Assembly: GCA_000934665.2 (NCBI GenBank) | Contig: JYFJ02003341.1 | Location: 1-43,252 of the forward strand | From: Catajapyx aquilonaris | Lineage: Eukaryota | Reading direction: 5' to 3' | Length of the DNA stretch: 43,252 bases | Shown here: positions 37,163 to 43,252 of the stretch, piece after piece | Layout of the letters: every line of letters starts with the position of its first letter | Numbering within the stretch: the first letter of the stretch is position 1 | Position numbers and translations under genes: made by a program | The notes under the pieces: generated by a model | The model's input: only the letters and a program-made list of their open reading frames with translations | Database searches by the model: none | What the model was told of the DNA's origin: nothing

Positions 37163-39272
37163 TTACATACAAACAACATTCTCAAACCCTCCATTTTCAG
37201 TGTCATTCCGATTTCTTTGGCATCTACTGACAGGAGAAAGGACAGAGTTGTATTTTTCCTGCAAAGAAAATAAGTGAAGAAAGATGCGTGACATAAATGG
37301 AATAGCCATCAACAATGAGCTTACCTGTACAAAATACACTGCTCCGATTCCTATTGTAATGAAGAAGAGACAAACCACCATGAGGATGAGGAGGCAAAGA
37401 AAAATGCTCTTAACATTGATGGCGAAATCTGTCGGAAAGAAAATGATGCCATCTACAGGCAGTGTCAGCTGAGTCCATTATGTGTTAAATTGATAAAATT
37501 ATTATTTTTAAAAAATTTGTAAAAACCTTTTAAAATTCCTTCTTTAAATAAAAATGTTTGTATGTTTTCATTCTCTCCAGAGCTATTAAAAATAGTTCAA
37601 CAACTTGTCACCATATCTCACAAAGATCCACCGATGTGATGTTACGTATTATCACTACGAGAATTTCATTACATAGGGGGTATTACCAATGCTATGTGTA
37701 GGCAACTCCAATGATAGTCTTGGAGTGAATATCCCCTTGCATATAAAATGCATTTTTTCATTACAATCGTAGTCACCAAGATGGCCGTTATGTGTGCCAG
37801 CGCAGTACTTTGAATTTTTCTTTTGCAGTTCTGCAGGCTGTGAATAGGACCTAAAAGAAAAATGTATGGGGTGTATGACGTCTACAATATTGTACTGCAG
37901 TGTACACTTACCGAGAAATATCAGAAGTAGGATCATGAGTCTCCTTTTCGTTGAACAACCGCGAAAGGCACTCACGTTCATCATATATTATGAAGTAATG
38001 CAGCATTTCCTGGTATATTAACTCATAAAATCAACTGAATATTTAAAAATAAGCCTCACGTACCTTATTTCCATGAGAGCTCACTTTTATTACAGACGAT
38101 GCATTGTTGAGGCAAGTCTGGTACGCTCGTTTCCAGTCCAGTTTAATTTTACGAGGCTCCAGAGTTGCAAAGCTAAATGGTACCTGTAGTTGAGTTAATT
38201 TCTGCTGATCTGAAACGGTAGAACGGGTGTGAATACGTTTGTTGAGTGTTATTCTCTGTGCCAGTTACCACTGTAGCATATGAAGGCATTTTTGGCAGTG
38301 CAATGATGGTTGCGTATGTCCCCATTTTTTCTAACATACTCGATGCACTCGTCGTTGTTGTCAGGCTCCCATGTGCTGAAACAATAACAATTAAATATTA
38401 TTTTCTTCTCATATGTGAACAAGTCCAATACTTACATGATATTAGTGTCGAGAGCGACTCCGTCAATCCATTCCCAATTGGATTCTTGTCTATTGTAGGA
38501 TAGACCAATCCACCATATCAGAGGCTCGTGGTGTCGATCTAGCCTTTCCTGCAGCCATTGCTGTATAAAAGACAAAATATACAGATTATTGGGCCGCAGG
38601 TGTGTTAATTGTTATAAGACCTGTTCCTCCTTCGACTTGATGACCAAAAGACTGCTGTCACTCTCTTGACAGAAGTTTTGGGCATCAGCCCAAGGCAGTG
38701 GCTTGTCGCTTAACATATACGTGGCCATGGAATCGTGTCGAACTTCCCACCTGTATGCTTGGCACCCTGAAGTGAATAAGTAACATAAAGTAACATAGGC
38801 TGTTTCTGAGTTTGATTGAACACTACAGTCATCTATTAGCTAAGGCCTATTGCCAGAATGAATAGCCAATTATTCACTCTAAAGTTGCCATCTGGTCGCA
38901 ATTTAATTTTTGTAATTATTGTGACATAAACACCACAGGTTTTCATCTGTTGACACAATTCTTTATCCCAAGATGCATGTTAGAAGCTCAATATTAGGCG
39001 TTAAAATGGTCTGCACTAGCTGGACGAGAGAAGTTGCTGTGCCAACAGACCAATATGGGGCTGAGCGGGGAGCAAACCCGCCGCAGGAGAGGTTTTTTTT
39101 TTTGGGGGGGGGGTTTCAAGGTCACACGAGCTTAGGTGAATGTGGGGGATTTGAGTGGGTGTGAAGTGGACCCGCGTACCCCCGCTGCGACATCACTGTA
39201 AAAGGTTAATTCATACGTACCAGTTAGTGTACCAGCCATGATGCAGATGGAAAACCAAATAGTGCAGTCCAT
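37163..39272 (-). CDS. Transmembrane C-type lectin 8 (inverted close paralog of lectin 7)
   Basis: MDCTIWFSICIMAGTLTG; LPWADAQNFCQESDSSLLVI; WWIGLSYNRQESNWEWIDG; WEPDNNDEC; QLQVPF; YCAGTHNGHLGDYDCNEKMHFICKGIFTPRLS; TM IFLCLLILMVVCLFFITIGIGAVYFV. Confidence 0.87.
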
Positions 39273-39794
39273 AATTAAATACATTCTGACGCATGGAGCA
39301 GCAGTTATAACTTTCTTGCATACTAATCTTGTTACACACCGTCGCAATATTTCTCTCACTCTTGTAGACAAATGTTAAATTATTTTTTAAATCACTAATA
39401 ATGCCGAAATACATTGGCCAAAGAATTTAGGGCCTGAGGAATTGAGCAGGGCAGACGATTATTCACCTATTGTTAACACGCGTCTGAAGCTTGTTGATAT
39501 GCGACTTAAAATAATGTCACCTGTAGTACCCTGTCGTAATAAGCCAAATTGCATCAGCATAACGTCATGATAAAAGGTCAGTTTGAAGAAGATAGCAGGT
39601 AATTCTGGGAGCTTGTGATTGATAAAAGACCTTCCCTTTTGTGCTGCAGACTTGTAGAGCAAACTATCTTGAGAAGTTCATGTGCAGATTACTATACCAC
39701 ACCTATTCATTCTGACAACTGATTGCGATAGTTTTCATAATAACTCACCTTTCTTTACACAGCACAACGATAAATTGTCATGACCTGACCGATT

Positions 39795-41724
39795 ATGCTT
39801 AGGACCATTGCAGCTGAAAGAGTGGTCATGGGTGGGAGCACTTCATTATCTGCTCGCTTTTCCTATTCTAATGGATATCCATGGTGGTTCAAATTGGCCG
39901 TAGTCCTGCTACTATGGGGTAGGTTTACACGGCTTCTTAGTCTTGTTCTGTCGGTCCATCATGATTTGGTTTGTTATTGGCAGCTATAGTAGCCATCGTT
40001 CATTTTGCAGTTGGCTATAGCATTGGCTCACAATGTTGTGCCGAAATGTGACAATATGTAATAATTAATTGTTGCGTATAATGACAGGTGGTCCAGTGGC
40101 AGGCGATGAATGGGTCCATCGTCGAGGATCACTAAATACCTATCTTTTCCAAGAAGGAAGATATACTTGGTGGGATTCCAAACAACACTGCCAGGACTTA
40201 CAGAGTGACCTACTTGTCGTATCATCAGCTGAAGAAATGGTAGAGTATACCGACCACTGTTCATCTGTTCATATGACTTGTGGGACATTATTATTTGCAG
40301 ACATGGCTGCAGGGAATTGTTGGAGAAAAAACACAAGAGAAGTGGTGGATTGGATTGACGGATAATGGTACGGAAGCATACTTTAAGTGGACCAACGGAC
40401 GTGAATTCGACACATCCATTACGTTAGTAGTTGTTGACTAAATTCCCATCAAACAGTGATGTTGCTGATGAATGTATGTTGCAGGAAATGGTCTGAAGGA
40501 GAGCCTGACAATGGTGGAGAAAGATGCGCAGTATTTCTGCCTCAAGAAAAAGGCTTCCTTGATATTGACTGCACAGAATTGAAATGTTCCCTATGCTGCA
40601 AGGGTAGGTAATACATGCCGTACACTGACTATCACTCAACGCCGTAATGACCCATTCTGCAAGTATACTGCACCTGTTTTCTCTATATAGGAGCGATTTC
40701 CTCTTCATACCCAGAGGTGGATAAAGACAAAAAGACATGGCACAGAGCGTATCGTACAACTCCTCTAAAGAACATGGAACTGTGCGTGATCAAAACTCTC
40801 CAGGACATGGTATGATCTGATCTGAACAATATGTGGGACAATGATCATTTTGAATAGCTAGATTAATTATTTTCGAGCGTTTTCCGAACCCGTATAGAAA
40901 AAACTGAAGACATTTGCAGGCACCCTACTAGATGATACATACTGTGTAGATTACTGGGTGTCTCTCCAGAAACAAGACAAAGGGGTCTGGCTTTGGATGG
41001 ATGACAGAGAAATGGATCCTCAAATATCGTAAGTAAGTCACATAATATCACCTAATCTCATGTGGTAATACCACTACTTGTTTAACAGTCCTTGGGTACC
41101 TGGAGCTCCTCAGACGATAGTGGAGGAGGACTGTGCTGCGATTAATAAAGATGGAACCTTCAACGACTTAAACTGCAATAGTCAGGAACCTTTCATTTGT
41201 AAGAGGAGTCTGACTACCTCACCAACAGGTAATGAACTCTCTTTGTCTTTTTAAAGACTGTTTATATGGATGAAATGGCTGGCTGATTTCTTGCAGAAAA
41301 GACGCCTGCTTATGATGATTCCTCTGAGTCAATCCTGGTAGAGTTTGGCACGACCTTTGAATTACCATATGCAGAGTCACCGTCTTCAAAGGAACAAGTG
41401 CATCAAGCGCCAGTAGCACGACACTTCACGATAAAAGTTACTCTCAGCTGGGTGAATAGCATTGCTGTAGTTGTTGGAGTATCGCTACTTTTCATTGCTA
41501 CTGGATTTCTGATTGAGGTATGTAAAATAAATTATTGTCGTATAAAATATCCTAAACTAAAAATACTTGTCAAATTTTTTCCTGGTAAGTTACAGATTAT
41601 GTATTGGGTGTGCACAAGACCTGGGGGATATCAGGGAGTGCCAGCTGATGGACAGCAAGATGAAAGCGATCCAAGTGAACATTGTAATACAGACCAAGCA
41701 CCACAAAATCTGGGCTCCACGTGA
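39795..41724 (+). CDS. Transmembrane C-type lectin 9 (2 CTLDs, TM)
   Basis: Leader ...PWWFKLAVVLLLWG (start codon uncertain, 39795 or 39828); YTWWDSKQHCQDLQSDLLVV; WWIGLTDNGTEAYFKWTNG; WSEGEPDNGGERC; DCAAINKDGTFNDLNCNSQEPFICK; TM IAVVVGVSLLFIATGFLI; stop 41722-41724. Confidence 0.85.
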
Positions 41725-42735
41725 GAGAGAATACTACACTGTGCCTACATATGCCCAGCGGGTCCTGTATGTCGATGTCTACATTTTTGGCCACATTACC
41801 GTACTGTATATCAATGGAGAACATTGCTCAGAATTGAAAATATATTTGTGCTTTCTGATTATTTACACTACATTATTTTCCACATAAATCATTTTTGTGG
41901 ATTGATCCCTTATTGCATAACAACGTCCATATTTAGTATTTTCAAAAATGTCATAATGATATGTTTCCATGATGTCCAATATATCATGGTAGTTTGGGGC
42001 ACGAAATCAAAATTCAGCCACCAGCATAATAAATTACTGCTCCAACGTTTAATAAAGTTAAGCTGTAGGTAAGCAAATATCATGAACTGTAATAATTATT
42101 ATGATCGTCCCCATTCAATAAAATCAGATAATATTGCCTGTTATGCTGTTGCCTCACAGGATTCTATTAGTTGCTCTTCTACTACAGTAGTTCACTTTTC
42201 TTCGAATACACACCCTACATTATTTCAAGCTGGTTAGGGCCATTCCTGCTTATTATGGCAGGCTATCTATGTACAGTACGTATATGGATGTGGTGGTGGC
42301 GATTGGCCAAGCCACAATAACGTTCGTTGGCCTGCGGCGCACGAAGACTGTCCGTCTTTGTGGGCCGCAGGCCAACGAACGTATTGTTCGCGGATATTGT
42401 TGAGCGGATACACAACCCACAATAAGCGCTCAGATCGGTATACGCTCGCAACTAACTAAAATCATCGGGGAATACGGCAAACGGTGCCTGTCAGGGCCAC
42501 AACATAAGACAGACCTATTGCGGTCACACCAAAGCCCCACAGCCACACCAGCACAAAGGGCTCCATCCATCACCCCCATCACCTCCATATATCCATAGGT
42601 GTATGAAAAGCAGTAACGACGAGAACTATCTGTGGCTGTTTTAAAACGACCAGAACTAGGTCTGGTCGGCCGTTTGCGGGGTTTGAGCCTAACAGCTGTT
42701 ATAGATAATTTTTTAAATCACTTGTGATAGTTACA

Positions 42736-43160
42736 GCAGACAATTATTCACCAAAGCGTCCAAAGCTTGTTGATAGACTGTATAGGCGGCTAAAATAGGC
42801 CCACATCCGGGTGCAGCAGCGAATAACCCTGTCTTCATGATAAAAGGTCAGTTTGAAGAAGATAGCAGCTAATTCTGGGAGCTTGTGATTGATAAAAGAC
42901 CTTCCGTGTGCTGTAGAGCAAACTATCTTGAGACGTTCTCGATTACTATACCACACCTCTTCATTCTGACAACTGATTGCGATAGTTTTCATAATAACTC
43001 ACCTTTCTTTACACAGCACAACGATAAATTGTCATGACCTGACCGATTATGCTTAGGACCATTGCAACTGAAATAGTGGTCATGGGTGGGAGCACTTCTT
43101 TATCTGCTCCCTTTTCATATTACATTAATTATGGAGTTAATAGCTCTTGTGGATATCCAT
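42736..43160 (+). repeat. Direct duplicate of 39451-39882 (region upstream of and including the start of lectin 9)
   Basis: Long near-identical blocks, e.g. tcatgataaaaggtcagtttgaagaagatagcag...gattatgcttaggaccattgca...ggtcatgggtgggagcacttc, ending at ggatatccat in both copies. Confidence 0.9.
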
Positions 43161-43252
43161 TAGGGTGGTCCAAAAATGACGAAAGTTTGAAAAGTCAGCA
43201 ACGATTGTCATGAAAAGTTTCCTTTTGACAAAAAAAGGACTTTTGCAAAATA
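43161..43252. mobile_element. Probable hAT element end, truncated by the window edge
   Basis: Homology to the lectin 9 region stops abruptly and tagggtg begins, the same terminal heptamer as the hAT element at 18020. Confidence 0.45.

Overview
Eukaryotic, arthropod (probably insect) genomic DNA with many short GT-AG introns, so the ORF track only shows exon fragments; all gene models below were spliced by hand. The window looks like an innate-immunity locus: the 3' end of a prophenoloxidase/hemocyanin-family gene is followed by an array of about nine paralogous type-I membrane C-type lectin genes (signal peptide, two CTLDs, TM, variable cytoplasmic tail; one degenerate). The most unusual item is the lectin at 21752-25226, which splices in frame through two linker exons into a 5-6 repeat ankyrin exon, predicting a ~680 aa lectin-TM-ankyrin receptor. 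Another paralog carries an ITIM-like tail motif. Interspersed are NOP10 (minus) and MED7 (plus) on a shared divergent promoter, an intronless Max gene, a 4-exon orphan gene, and many transposon relics: piggyBac-like, Tc1/mariner, MITEs, a palindromic hAT element and tRNA-derived SINEs, several nested with intact target-site duplications. No database searches were run; family names come from motif recognition.
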